Below the pieces are notes generated by a model. That model was not told the origin of the DNA. It worked only from the letters and a program-made list of their open reading frames with translations, and made no database searches. The position numbers were made by a program, and so were the translations under genes. From positions 1-45,617 of the forward strand of contig JAFDTZ010000001.1 of assembly GCA_019594305.1 (NCBI GenBank): a DNA stretch of 45,617 bases. The letters are read 5' to 3'. The stretch is from Thermoplasmata archaeon. Its GTDB lineage: Archaea > Thermoplasmatota > Thermoplasmata > Halarchaeoplasmatales > Halarchaeoplasmataceae. Below, piece after piece: positions 1 through 9,800 of this stretch (position 1 is the stretch's first letter; every line of letters begins with the position of its first letter).

Positions 1-1340
1 CACCAGAGTATCTCATCAGCGGTACCCTTGTTCTCGTCCAGGTAAGTATAGTTCGACGAACCGTCCGCCGATACGCTGTCTATGAAGGTGCTTTCGTCCC
101 AGGGTCCGCCGTAGTCCTCCGACCGATATATGTTGTAATGACTGACTTCAGCAGGGTCGTCCGGGCTGGCATCCCACGTGAGTAGGTTGTGTTCGTCGCC
201 TTCGCCTCCTTCACCTGTAAGTATGATATCGTCTATATCCCATCTCCACATATCATAAGAATTACCGTCGAAGGTCCATGAGATGTACAGTGTATCTGAG
301 CCGACGTTGTGGCTGAAGGGTATTGTTACCACTTCCGGGCCTATATCGCCAATGGGAGATACTATAGACCATATCTCTTCCCAGTTAGAACCGTCGGATG
401 ATGTCTCCACTCTGAGGGTGTAGCGCGATTGGGAACCGTAGTCGTCCAGGAAGTGTCTGAAGTTCAATTCAAGCTCGGTGAACGACGTGGAATCTATTGC
501 CGGTGTGTAGCATCTGCGGATGCTTGTTTCCGATGGTGAGTAATAGAACTCCAGCTCGGGGGCCAAACCTCCGGCCCTGTTGGTATCCTCAACACGCCAG
601 TGGGTGGTATCCGGCGCCTTGGTCCAACCCTCGGGGATGGTACCTGTATCCACACCTGTAAAGTCCTCTTCGAAGAGTTCCTGGGTTCCGCTTGAACCGT
701 GATGTTCTACCATCAAGTTCGAGGGGGGTGCGGGTGGTATACCAACTATCTCGAAGTAGCCGTCGCTTTCATCCGAATAGCTCAATCCCAGGTCATCATA
801 AACAGTAACTCTCACCAAACATTCATCGCTGGCTACATTGGATAACTCCCAGCTGTAGCTGCCGGTATCCGGCAATCCCGTATCGATGATATTCCACGTT
901 ATGCCTGCATTCGAGCTGTATTCAAGGTCCACATCGATTACCGTATTATCACCTTCGTCTGTCAGCCACGATATGGTTTCCGTGGTCCTAGCAGTCCATA
1001 TCTCACCGCCGTTGGGAGAGATCACGGTTACCTCTATTGGGTCGGCGATTATCGCAAAGTAACCGTCGCTGGTATCTTCACGTGTATTCCCCTGGGTGTC
1101 CCGTACCACCGCTTTCACCAAACATTCCAAGCTGACTTCGTCGGGGATCGTCCACATATAGCTGCCCGTATCCGGAAGTTCCGTTTCGATGGTCGTCCAT
1201 GATATCCCGGTATCCGTACTGTACAGCAAGTCCACGCTGTCTATGGGGTACGCACCCTCTTCCGTGGTCCATGTGATAGCTTCTTCGGTGCCGATTCCCC
1301 ATGCCTCACCACCGTCCGGCCTGGTTACGGTCACATCTAT
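1..1340 (-). repeat. Copy A of the shared protease tail cassette (in the C25 gene)
   Basis: Aligns without indels to 3150..4489 at a constant offset of 3149, checked at positions 1 and 1304. I counted 11 mismatches over 1..300 and 13 over 301..420. Identity decays toward about 1340. The copy may continue left of the window. Confidence 0.9.
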
Positions 1341-2543
1341 AGGTGCCTCGGCTCTAAACACCAGATCAGTGTCGGGGTCCCCAAGAAGATTGTATTGAAT
1401 TGTTACATCCTTGGATATCAATGCCAGTTCACCCAACTTTGTCACGCCGTCAACCAAACCGTCCACAAGGGCCTGGGCCAATTCGGTATTTGCACCAGAC
1501 GTCATAAACCTGCAAGCACCCAGGAATCCTACGCCTCCGTTCCTGTTAAGTACCCACTGCTCACCTATGTTTCGATAACTTCCGTCACCGATTATACCCC
1601 ATGGGTCACCATAGGATGTGTGCCGTGTTATATTGTACAACTTACCGGTGCTGCACGCGATGCTCAGCATCAGCCCCTGCCTGGCATCGGGGTAATTCTC
1701 CGGATACTCGAGGCCTCTCTCGTAATAATCTTTCGTGGTGTAATCACCTCCCTGCCATATATAAGGCCCGCCGTGCCCTCTGTAGAAGTACAGCGAATGT
1801 CCGTCTTCGAAGAACTGCTGTGTTACCTCATCGTAAACCGCAGAACCGCCTATGAGTGTCGAAACGTTATATGGCAAGCCTGCACTCAACTGATCCGCCA
1901 CATCGTTTATGTCAGATTCGAAGGTACCCCAGACACGTATATCTTCCGTCCACTCGCCCCACGTGTTGGTATAGGCTATGGTTCTATCCGTGAGCCATTG
2001 AATCTCGGTTTCGTTGTAAACCGGCCATCGGCCCACCATGGTCTGATATGTATTGGCGTTACCGTCAAGGTCCCAGTATTCATGGTCACGCCACATTCTC
2101 CAGGTTACATCATATATGAGGTCATCCACGTATCCGTTGAAAGCAGGGCTGAGGTATTCCGCAGCACCTACAAGTAGGGTATAAAAAGGCCAAGGCTGTC
2201 CCTCTTCCTGCCAAACATTCACAATCTCTCCGTGGATGTGGTTGAAGTTTACGTTACCCTCCTCTATACTCAATTCCCAATCATCGCTTGGTATGTAGGG
2301 ATACCCTTCAACGGTGATAGTCCTAACAATCCGGCCCTGGGATCCCTTGAATTCAACGAATGGCTGGATCGCGTCTTCCCATGTTGAATTAGCCAGTACT
2401 ATCAAATAGTCCGCCGAGGTCTGGTTTGAATATTCCTCTTCGTAAACAAGATGTGTTTGCTCATCATGAATGACACCGCCCAGAGCGAGGGTAGAGAGCA
2501 CCAGTAAGATCACGATTGTCAGGGACGGCGTATAGCGTTTCAT
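1..2543 (-). CDS. Secreted peptidase C25 (gingipain-like cysteine protease) family protein; C-terminus cut by the window edge
   Basis: Absent from the ORF track because it has no stop in the window. Manual minus-strand translation from ATG 2543..2541 gives MKRYTPSLTIVILLVLSTLALGG (signal/anchor) and SADYLIVLANSTWEDAIQPFVEFKGSQGRIV (C25 N-terminal pattern). It also gives YFYRGHGGP (His motif, about 1750-1780) and LMLSIACSTGKLY (Cys motif, about 1640-1680). The frame (codon first base = 2 mod 3) was checked at both motifs and matches the paralogous tail of the next gene. Confidence 0.75.
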   Translation of the reverse strand, partial: MKRYTPSLTIVILLVLSTLALGGVIHDEQTHLVYEEEYSNQTSADYLIVLANSTWEDAIQPFVEFKGSQGRIVRTITVEGYPYIPSDDWELSIEEGNVNFNHIHGEIVNVWQEEGQPWPFYTLLVGAAEYLSPAFNGYVDDLIYDVTWRMWRDHEYWDLDGNANTYQTMVGRWPVYNETEIQWLTDRTIAYTNTWGEWTEDIRVWGTFESDINDVADQLSAGLPYNVSTLIGGSAVYDEVTQQFFEDGHSLYFYRGHGGPYIWQGGDYTTKDYYERGLEYPENYPDARQGLMLSIACSTGKLYNITRHTSYGDPWGIIGDGSYRNIGEQWVLNRNGGVGFLGACRFMTSGANTELAQALVDGLVDGVTKLGELALISKDVTIQYNLLGDPDTDLVFRAEAPIDVTVTRPDGGEAWGIGTEEAITWTTEEGAYPIDSVDLLYSTDTGISWTTIETELPDTGSYMWTIPDEVSLECLVKAVVRDTQGNTREDTSDGYFAIIADPIEVTVISPNGGEIWTARTTETISWLTDEGDNTVIDVDLEYSSNAGITWNIIDTGLPDTGSYSWELSNVASDECLVRVTVYDDLGLSYSDESDGYFEIVGIPPAPPSNLMVEHHGSSGTQELFEEDFTGVDTGTIPEGWTKAPDTTHWRVEDTNRAGGLAPELEFYYSPSETSIRRCYTPAIDSTSFTELELNFRHFLDDYGSQSRYTLRVETSSDGSNWEEIWSIVSPIGDIGPEVVTIPFSHNVGSDTLYISWTFDGNSYDMWRWDIDDIILTGEGGEGDEHNLLTWDASPDDPAEVSHYNIYRSEDYGGPWDESTFIDSVSADGSSNYTYLDENKGTADEILW

Positions 2544-5500
2544 CAGTAGGTTACCTCCCAGTAGATCGCAGTATCCGTCGGATTGTGTATCCAATAGCCG
2601 TTACCGGACTCGAAAACGAAGCTGCCCGGGTCGTGGTCGTACGCAAGATTGTATGTTTGTGTCGCATCGAAGTAACCGATCTTGTCGACATCACCGGGCA
2701 ACCCGTGATTACCGCTCGCCGAAGCGGGCAGACCCACCATGTTCCAGCCGGGGTACAAGGTGATGGTGATCGTCGCAGGTGCGGTTCCGACGACGGTCAG
2801 CGTATCACTAGTGACCATACGTATCCACACGCCCATGCGGTGGTCCCATGTATCGAGTGTGTTGTATCTATCCCCCCTACCAGGAACATAAGATCTCCAC
2901 TCGCCCGCAGATGCGTCGTAGTACATCACACGGTCGTAATTACCCGAGATCCCGTATGTAGTATTATCTAGTATAGTGATAAGCGATATATCCGCAGGTA
3001 TAAGATTGAACGAGACAAAGTTCCAACCGTCAGCGTCTCCGCCCGCGTAAAGTGGTATATCAAAAGTCACAACTACGGCGCCCGGTTCCTGCACTGCGTT
3101 TTCGTTCCCCTCCTCCATACCATTTGCTCCCACCGCACGCACGATATACCACCAGAGTATCTCGTCCGCGGTGCCCTTGTTCTCGTCCAGGTAAGTATAG
3201 TTCGACGAACCGTCCGCCGATACGCTGTCTATGAAGGTGCTTTCGTCCCAGGGTCCGCCGTAGTCCTCCGACCGATATATGTTGTAATGACTGACTTCAG
3301 CAGGGTCGTTCGGGCTGGCATCCCACGTGAGCAGGTTATGTTCGTCGCCTTCACCTCCTTCACCTGTAAGTATGATATCATCTATATCCCATCTCCACAT
3401 ATCATAAGAATTACCGTCGAAGGTCCATGATATGTACAGTGTATCGGAACCCACGTTGTGGGTGAAGGGTATCGTTACCAGTTCCGGGCCTATGTCACCT
3501 ATGGGAGATTCTATTGACCATATCTCATCCCAGTTGGAACCGTCGGACGATGTCTCCACCCTGAGGGTGTACCTAGATTGAGAGCCGTAATCGTCCAGGA
3601 AGTGCCTGAAGCTCAATTCCAGTTCGGTAAACCATGTGGAATCTATTACAGGTGTGTAACATCTGCGGATGCTTGTTTCCGACGGTGAGTAATAGAACTC
3701 CAGTTCGGGAGCCACACCTCCCGCCCTGTTGGTATTCTCAACACGCCAGTGAGCGGTATCGGGAGCTTTGGTCCAGCCAACTGGGATCGTCCCGGTATCG
3801 ACACCGGTAAAGTCCTCTTCGAAGAGTTCCAGGGTTCCGATGGGACCGTGGTGTTCCACCATCAAGTTCAGGGGTGGAGCAGGCGGTATGCCCACTATCT
3901 CGAAGTAACCGTCGCTCATATCCTGATATCCGAAGCCAAGGTCATCGTGAACAGTAACTCTCACCAAACATTCACCACTGGCCACGTTGGGTATCTGCCA
4001 ACTGTAGCCGCCGGTATCGGGTAATCCCGTATCGATGACATTCCATGTTTCTCCGCCGTTCGAACTGTATTCAAGGTCAACATCTATTACCGTATTATCA
4101 CCTTCGTCGGTGTTCCACGATATCGTCTCCGTATCCCCGGCGGTCCATATCTCACCGCCGTTGGGTGAGATCAAAGTTACTTCTACAGGGTCTCCGAGGA
4201 TGGCAAAGTAACCGTCGCTGGTATCTTCGTTGGTCATTCCTCCCGTATCTCTTACCAGAGCCCGTACCTTACATTCCAGGCTAGTTGTGTCCGGGATGGT
4301 CCATGTATAACTACCGGTATCCGGAAGTCCCGAGTCTATGGTGGTCCAGGTATCACCTGCATCAATACTGTACCACAGGTCTACACTGTCTATGGGATAA
4401 GCCCCTTCAATTGTCGTCCATGTGATATTTTCCTGTGTTCCTATCTCCCAGACCTCACCGCCGTTGGGTTGGGTTACCGTTATACCAAGGTGACCGGGAG
4501 CGGTGTACGAGAAATGGAAAGAACCATGACCGTAGACACCTTTAACCACTACGTAGTAACGGCCACCCGCGGAAGATGTGTAGTTTATGTGTTCGTCCGC
4601 ACCCATTGCCGATGTGTTGCTTATATCGATTATCTCGGGGTAGCCGTACTGGTCGGGCGGCCCGTACAGGTAAAGGTCAAAATCCGCAGTGGAGGGAACA
4701 TCCAGGTAAAAGTCATAATCCTCACCGGCTTCCAGGTATACATTACCTGCCCAGGCCTTTCTTCCGTAGTTGTTATCCAGGTTCAGATCGCTCTCCCAAG
4801 TATGATTTATGGTCGTTATGTATGAAGAGTAGCCCTGACCGATGTTCAACTCCCTCGTAAGAGATTCGATGGCAGCATCTATGTTCATGAACCCGTAGCC
4901 CTCGTGTATATCCGGTAAACCCCTGTTAACACTCGGTCCGCCGGTTTCAAATGTGTACATCTCCCTGGGAACCGCGGTTTCGGTGGCGGTCATCAAAAGA
5001 GATGATTTTACCAGTCGTTTGTAATGATGCGGGGCGCTATTGTATTCCTCCCAACCACCTATCGAATCCACCACCAGCATGGTGGCGCCTGCGACAGCCG
5101 GAGTAGCCTGGGATGTGCCCTGGAATCCGTACATTGATTCGATATCCGTGGTGATGTGACCCCACTGGGTAGGAGGGTAGCCGGTGTACGTGCCCGCCGA
5201 CATGACTCCGCCCTGGTACCTGATGGAACCTCCGGGTGCTGCGATATCGGGTTTTGTGTACCCGTCTCCATTATCCAGTAATCCATTGCTCGAGTAGTAA
5301 CTAAGGTTTCCACCCGCCTGTGTCGCTGCAACACCTATCACGGGCGTGTACCTGGCGGGATAGGAGATCGAACCTCCCGGGCCGGCATTACCCGCCGCTG
5401 CAACTATCATTATACCCGAGTTCCACGTATTGTATATGGCATTCTTAACGGAAGAACTATCGCTGCCGGTACCGAGGCTCATGGAAACGGTAGTTATATG

Positions 5501-6865
5501 GAGAGCTTCCCTGTTGGCAACGATGTAGTCCAATCCGTCCACCCACGTGGACGTACCCACGAACATACCGCCTGAGACCATGACCAGTTTAGAGTCAGGT
5601 GCTATGCCGGTAAAAGTTCCGTAGCCATCCGGTGCGCTGCCCTCTGCATCAGCCCATGAGGTGGGATTATGGATCTTGAATACGTATCTCATACCCTGGC
5701 CGAGACCGGCACTGATGGATGTGCGGTAGGTTACTACCCTGTAGAAACCCAATGAGGAAGAATCGACGTCGTATGTCAAGGTGTTCCAGTTACGATCGGT
5801 TGATGTTTTTAGGTTGGGCGTTTGGACGGGATTGTTGAACCGGGCTGCTTCTTCCCAGTTGACTATGTACTCCGTATTACCATCGAACACCGCGGGTTCC
5901 GGAACCTCTCCCAAATACTTCAACGCGACGTACGTAATATCTCCTGAGTTTACGTCTGCAAGGTATGCGAAATTCACCTCGACCTCACCCGGTTCATCCA
6001 CGTAAATCACAGGCGGTTCGGGATATTCTATCTCACCCAGGGTCGTTGACCAGCCGTGGTGGGTGACTAGTCTTCCCTCCGTATCTATCTCGGCGAATTC
6101 CTGCGCAGATGCTATACCGGCTACATGCTGACCGTGACCTCCGTCGTCGTGAGGTTCCGGGTCTGTACCGGAGGCGTCGTGCCACCCCACTATCTTCCCG
6201 TCAAAATCACCTTCGCCGAGGTAGCCGGGGGCGAAGGCCGTATGGTCGGGATCTATACCTGTGTCTATGATGGCAAGGGAGGTGTCCAGGGATCCGGTGT
6301 ACCCGAGATCCGAGAATACGTAATTCCTGGCCCGCACCATATTTGAAGTGATGTAAAGGTGGTAGTCGAAATCATTCTCCTCTTCTATCTCCAAGATCCT
6401 ATGGCACGAACTTGCATAATCGTAAATATTATCGGTATGCATATCTCCCGCGAATCCGTAGATCACATCCGCCCATGGACCTTTGGTCAGCACACCACCG
6501 TACCCTGCGAAGTTCTCCAGGTCATCATCCGTTGGCGGTCCTGTAAGGAGCACTATTACACTTATTACACTCCGTTTGCTCGCAATTATCTCTTCAAGAC
6601 CGTCGGCTACGCGGTTGTTGTTATGGTCGTTATACGAAACCATATCTGGATATCCGTCTTTTAAAGTTACAATATCGTTATCGATACTGAACATTGGTTG
6701 AGACCCCGGTTCATTATTCGTTTCCGCCAAGACCATGGGAACCATCAGACACACGATGATCACCGCACACAGATATTTTCTCTTACTTTCCAAGCTATTA
6801 CCTCCTGACTCGTTGTAATACAATTCCTTTTGATTGTAAATAAACATAGTTGGTACATGTGACAT
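2543..6865 (-). CDS. Secreted subtilisin-like serine protease (peptidase S8) with a PPC domain, two Ig-like repeats, a beta-sandwich and an FN3-like tail
   Basis: Catalytic triad motifs AIIDTGIDPDH (Asp), HGQHVAGIA (His) and GTSQATPAVAG (Ser). PPC-like segment DFYLDVPSTADFDLYLYGP. Hydrophobic signal KRKYLCAVIIVCLMVPMVLA. The true start is probably TTG at 6793 (GGAGG at 6805..6801, 7-nt spacer) rather than ATG 6865. Confidence 0.9.
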   Translation of the reverse strand: MSHVPTMFIYNQKELYYNESGGNSLESKRKYLCAVIIVCLMVPMVLAETNNEPGSQPMFSIDNDIVTLKDGYPDMVSYNDHNNNRVADGLEEIIASKRSVISVIVLLTGPPTDDDLENFAGYGGVLTKGPWADVIYGFAGDMHTDNIYDYASSCHRILEIEEENDFDYHLYITSNMVRARNYVFSDLGYTGSLDTSLAIIDTGIDPDHTAFAPGYLGEGDFDGKIVGWHDASGTDPEPHDDGGHGQHVAGIASAQEFAEIDTEGRLVTHHGWSTTLGEIEYPEPPVIYVDEPGEVEVNFAYLADVNSGDITYVALKYLGEVPEPAVFDGNTEYIVNWEEAARFNNPVQTPNLKTSTDRNWNTLTYDVDSSSLGFYRVVTYRTSISAGLGQGMRYVFKIHNPTSWADAEGSAPDGYGTFTGIAPDSKLVMVSGGMFVGTSTWVDGLDYIVANREALHITTVSMSLGTGSDSSSVKNAIYNTWNSGIMIVAAAGNAGPGGSISYPARYTPVIGVAATQAGGNLSYYSSNGLLDNGDGYTKPDIAAPGGSIRYQGGVMSAGTYTGYPPTQWGHITTDIESMYGFQGTSQATPAVAGATMLVVDSIGGWEEYNSAPHHYKRLVKSSLLMTATETAVPREMYTFETGGPSVNRGLPDIHEGYGFMNIDAAIESLTRELNIGQGYSSYITTINHTWESDLNLDNNYGRKAWAGNVYLEAGEDYDFYLDVPSTADFDLYLYGPPDQYGYPEIIDISNTSAMGADEHINYTSSAGGRYYVVVKGVYGHGSFHFSYTAPGHLGITVTQPNGGEVWEIGTQENITWTTIEGAYPIDSVDLWYSIDAGDTWTTIDSGLPDTGSYTWTIPDTTSLECKVRALVRDTGGMTNEDTSDGYFAILGDPVEVTLISPNGGEIWTAGDTETISWNTDEGDNTVIDVDLEYSSNGGETWNVIDTGLPDTGGYSWQIPNVASGECLVRVTVHDDLGFGYQDMSDGYFEIVGIPPAPPLNLMVEHHGPIGTLELFEEDFTGVDTGTIPVGWTKAPDTAHWRVENTNRAGGVAPELEFYYSPSETSIRRCYTPVIDSTWFTELELSFRHFLDDYGSQSRYTLRVETSSDGSNWDEIWSIESPIGDIGPELVTIPFTHNVGSDTLYISWTFDGNSYDMWRWDIDDIILTGEGGEGDEHNLLTWDASPNDPAEVSHYNIYRSEDYGGPWDESTFIDSVSADGSSNYTYLDENKGTADEILWWYIVRAVGANGMEEGNENAVQEPGAVVVTFDIPLYAGGDADGWNFVSFNLIPADISLITILDNTTYGISGNYDRVMYYDASAGEWRSYVPGRGDRYNTLDTWDHRMGVWIRMVTSDTLTVVGTAPATITITLYPGWNMVGLPASASGNHGLPGDVDKIGYFDATQTYNLAYDHDPGSFVFESGNGYWIHNPTDTAIYWEVTY
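3150..4489 (-). repeat. Copy B of the shared protease tail cassette (in the S8 gene)
   Basis: See copy A. Encodes the segment from NGGEVWEIGTQENITW through EILWWYIVRAVG, including two ~90-aa Ig-like repeats with the pattern GGE.W..G....I.W...........VDL.YS...G.TW..I..GLPDTG.Y.W.IP......C.VR. Confidence 0.9.
6837..6844 (-). promoter_or_regulatory. Candidate TATA box (TTTATTTA on the minus strand) for the S8 protease gene
   Basis: AT-rich octamer about 44 nt upstream of the TTG at 6793. The GGAGG motif would then lie in a short 5' UTR. Position and sequence only. Confidence 0.35.
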
Positions 6866-9800
6866 CTATAACGCAGAATACGGATAATTTCCGTAACGTT
6901 ATTATGCCTCCTTTACGGTCGGTGGTAGCGATGCGGTTACCAACGGTTCGAGATAGGATATTTATCCATCTGCTGTCCTACACCCGCTTTGCCCGGGGTA
7001 AGGAGGTTCCGTACGAGGTGTCACAGCCGGGAATAGCGGATAGCTTGGGCCTTGCACGTTCTCACGTATCAAAGGAAATGATCAGGTTGAAAAAAAGTTC
7101 ATCTGACCTGGTGGAGGAGAGGACAAGGCACGTTAGAGGTTCCAAACGAAGAAGGAAGGTGTACATTCTTACCCCCCTCGGCCAAAAGAAGGCTAACTCG
7201 ATCATAGAGGGATTGATGAAAGAAATCATTACCATAAATGACGAGAATGGTAAACGCAACGTCACGCTCAGGGAGTTAGAAGAGCTCCTAAATGTAAAGG
7301 ACCCCATCACGGCGGCCTTGAGGGACATCGATGAAGAAGGCGTACTGGACCTATGCAAAAAGAGAGACATCGAAGAGATATTCATAGGCAGAGAGCGTGA
7401 ATTAAAATTGTTTAAAGAATTATTGATCGATGTGAAAAAAGGCTCGGCGAGGACGGTGATAATCAAGGGAGAGACGGGCATTGGTAAGACAAGATTGGTT
7501 TACGAGTTGAAGCCCATAGCCCTTGAGTCCGGTTTCCTATTCATCGAGGGTGTATGTAAAGTTGAAACCGCGGACCCCTACCTCCCCTTCAAGGAAGCAC
7601 TTTCCGGGTTGAACGACATGGACCATGATGAAAAGTTCACCAAGTTCTTAACCTATGATTCTAATTCGGAACCCGAGACGAGATCAAGTTTGGATGCCCT
7701 CAGGGAAGCGGTTTTTTACGATTCAACGCGGATGATAATGAAATTATCGGAAAAAAAACCTGTCGTCATTTTTCTTGATGATTTACATTGGGCCGATAAG
7801 GCCACTCTGGATCTCTTCCGGTATATGGCGGAGACCTTCGAGAATGACAGGGTGCTCCTGTTGGCCACTTACCGACCGGAAGAGGTGAACCTTGACCATC
7901 CCCTGGTCGAAACCCTTTCCAGGATGTGCCGTAAGAATGTGCATATGGAGGTGGACCTAGAACCCCTTGATAAGATGTCAACGAAAAAATTGATCGACGT
8001 CCTAACCGGTTTTAACACCCCGGATAATTTCGTAGGATTTATGAATGAAAAGACAAGGGGAAACCCTTTGTTTATTAAACAGCTGTTAAAGGAGATGCAG
8101 GATGAAGGTAAGGTAAGTGCAGAAAAAGGCTATTACGCTACGGAGGATATGAATATCACGGTACCCGAGGTTGTTGAAAGGATCGTACACCGGAAACTAT
8201 CTCACCTGGATAGAGCGGGTCGACAGGTACTTGAATTTGGATGCGTGCTGGGTAAGGAATTCTCCTTTGATATACTGGATTCGGTATCCGAACTACCGGA
8301 GATGCGGTTACTGGACCAAATAGATATACTTGTGGACCAAGCCATATGGTGCGAAGATGCCGAAAGGGATCGCTTCCACTTCACCCACGAGCTGGTACGG
8401 GATGGCGTATACAACAATATCAAATCGGTAAGGAGGAAAAAACTCCATGGTGTGGTAGCCCGAAAAATGGCCGAAAGGTACTCCGGAACCAAGGACAGAT
8501 TGTCGGATATAGCCAATCACTACATGGAGGCGGGCTTACGTGAAAATGCACTGGAATATTACGTGAAGGCCGGCGAACACGCCAAAAGCCTTTACGCACA
8601 TGAGAACGCCGTACAGCTCTTCGAAAAAGGGTTGACACTCGCCTACGAGGATGACCGCAAGTCCTGCCTCCTTCTTGAGAGTATGGGAGATACACACACG
8701 ATTCTCGGAAACTACGAAGAGGGAAGAAGGAGGTTGGAGGAAGCATTAGGTAAACTGGATGCGGATAATACGGAAGAAATTGGTCTTAGAACGAGAATCC
8801 CACGTAAGATAGCCCATACTTGGTTGATGCAGGGGTCCTATGAAAGATCCATTGAATATATTAATATAGGTATATCTCTTGGTGCCGAACACACAAAGGA
8901 GTGGTGCATACTGCTGAACGTAAAGGGTTGGACCTACATGAAGACCGGCGATTACCATAAAGCCGCCGAGATATTCAAAGATGAGCTAAGGGTTGCGGAA
9001 GATCTAGGTGATGAAAAGGAGATATCCAGAGCACATCATAATTTGGGTACGATAGCCTTGCAATCCGGGGATTTTGACGATGCGACCAGACACCTGGAAA
9101 TAGCTGCGGAAGGTTTTGATAGTTTGGGTGAAAAAGTTAAATTATCAAAAACGCTTAACAACCTGGGAGTTATGTATCTGAGAAAACATAATATTGAAAA
9201 GGCCTTGGAGTACAACGAGAAAAGTCTGCTAAATATGGAGGAGGTAGGTGATATCCAGGGCATTGGAATGAACCTCAACAACATGGGTATAATATATTCC
9301 ATGATGGAAGACTACGAAAAGGCCCTTGACTGTCATGATAGAAGCATGGATATTAAACGGAGGATAGGAGATTCGCAAGGGATGGTCGAATCACATACCA
9401 ACATCGGAGTGATACACGAGAAAATGGGTGATCTCGAAAGGGCACTCGAAGAATACAAGAAAGGGTTGAGTATCTCCCGAAAGATAGGCGATGCACGGGG
9501 CACGGCGGAATTACAGAACGATATCGGATGGATATACAATCTCAAGGGAAAAGTCACAGATTCCGCAGAGATGCTTCGCAGCTCATTAAAGCTAAGAGAG
9601 GATATCGGTGATATCCACGGTTTAGCCGAATCCCATAGGAATCTTGGGATCGTTCTCCTTAAAAAAGGTAATATGGAAGAAGCTCTTGAACACCTTGAAA
9701 AAGGTTTCGAGCTGGCATCGGATATGGATGATGAATATGAAATGGCCTTGATATCAAAATGTACCGGAGATGTGTATCACCAACAAGAAAGATTCGCTGA

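Noticed and set aside
1-4489. Protease tail repeat as a diversity-generating retroelement template/variable repeat pair
   Set aside because: Mismatches are not adenine-specific (I saw a/g, a/c, c/t, t/c, g/a, g/t and t/g changes). The repeat is over 1.3 kb rather than about 100-150 bp, and no reverse transcriptase gene is present in the window.
1189-6701. Numerous plus-strand ORFs of 60-260 aa (for example 1395..2177, 2516..2971, 4469..4825, 6359..6664) inside the protease region
   Set aside because: They are antisense shadows of two long minus-strand protease genes with clear catalytic motifs. Their translations are low-complexity or motif-free, and they overlap each other in different frames.
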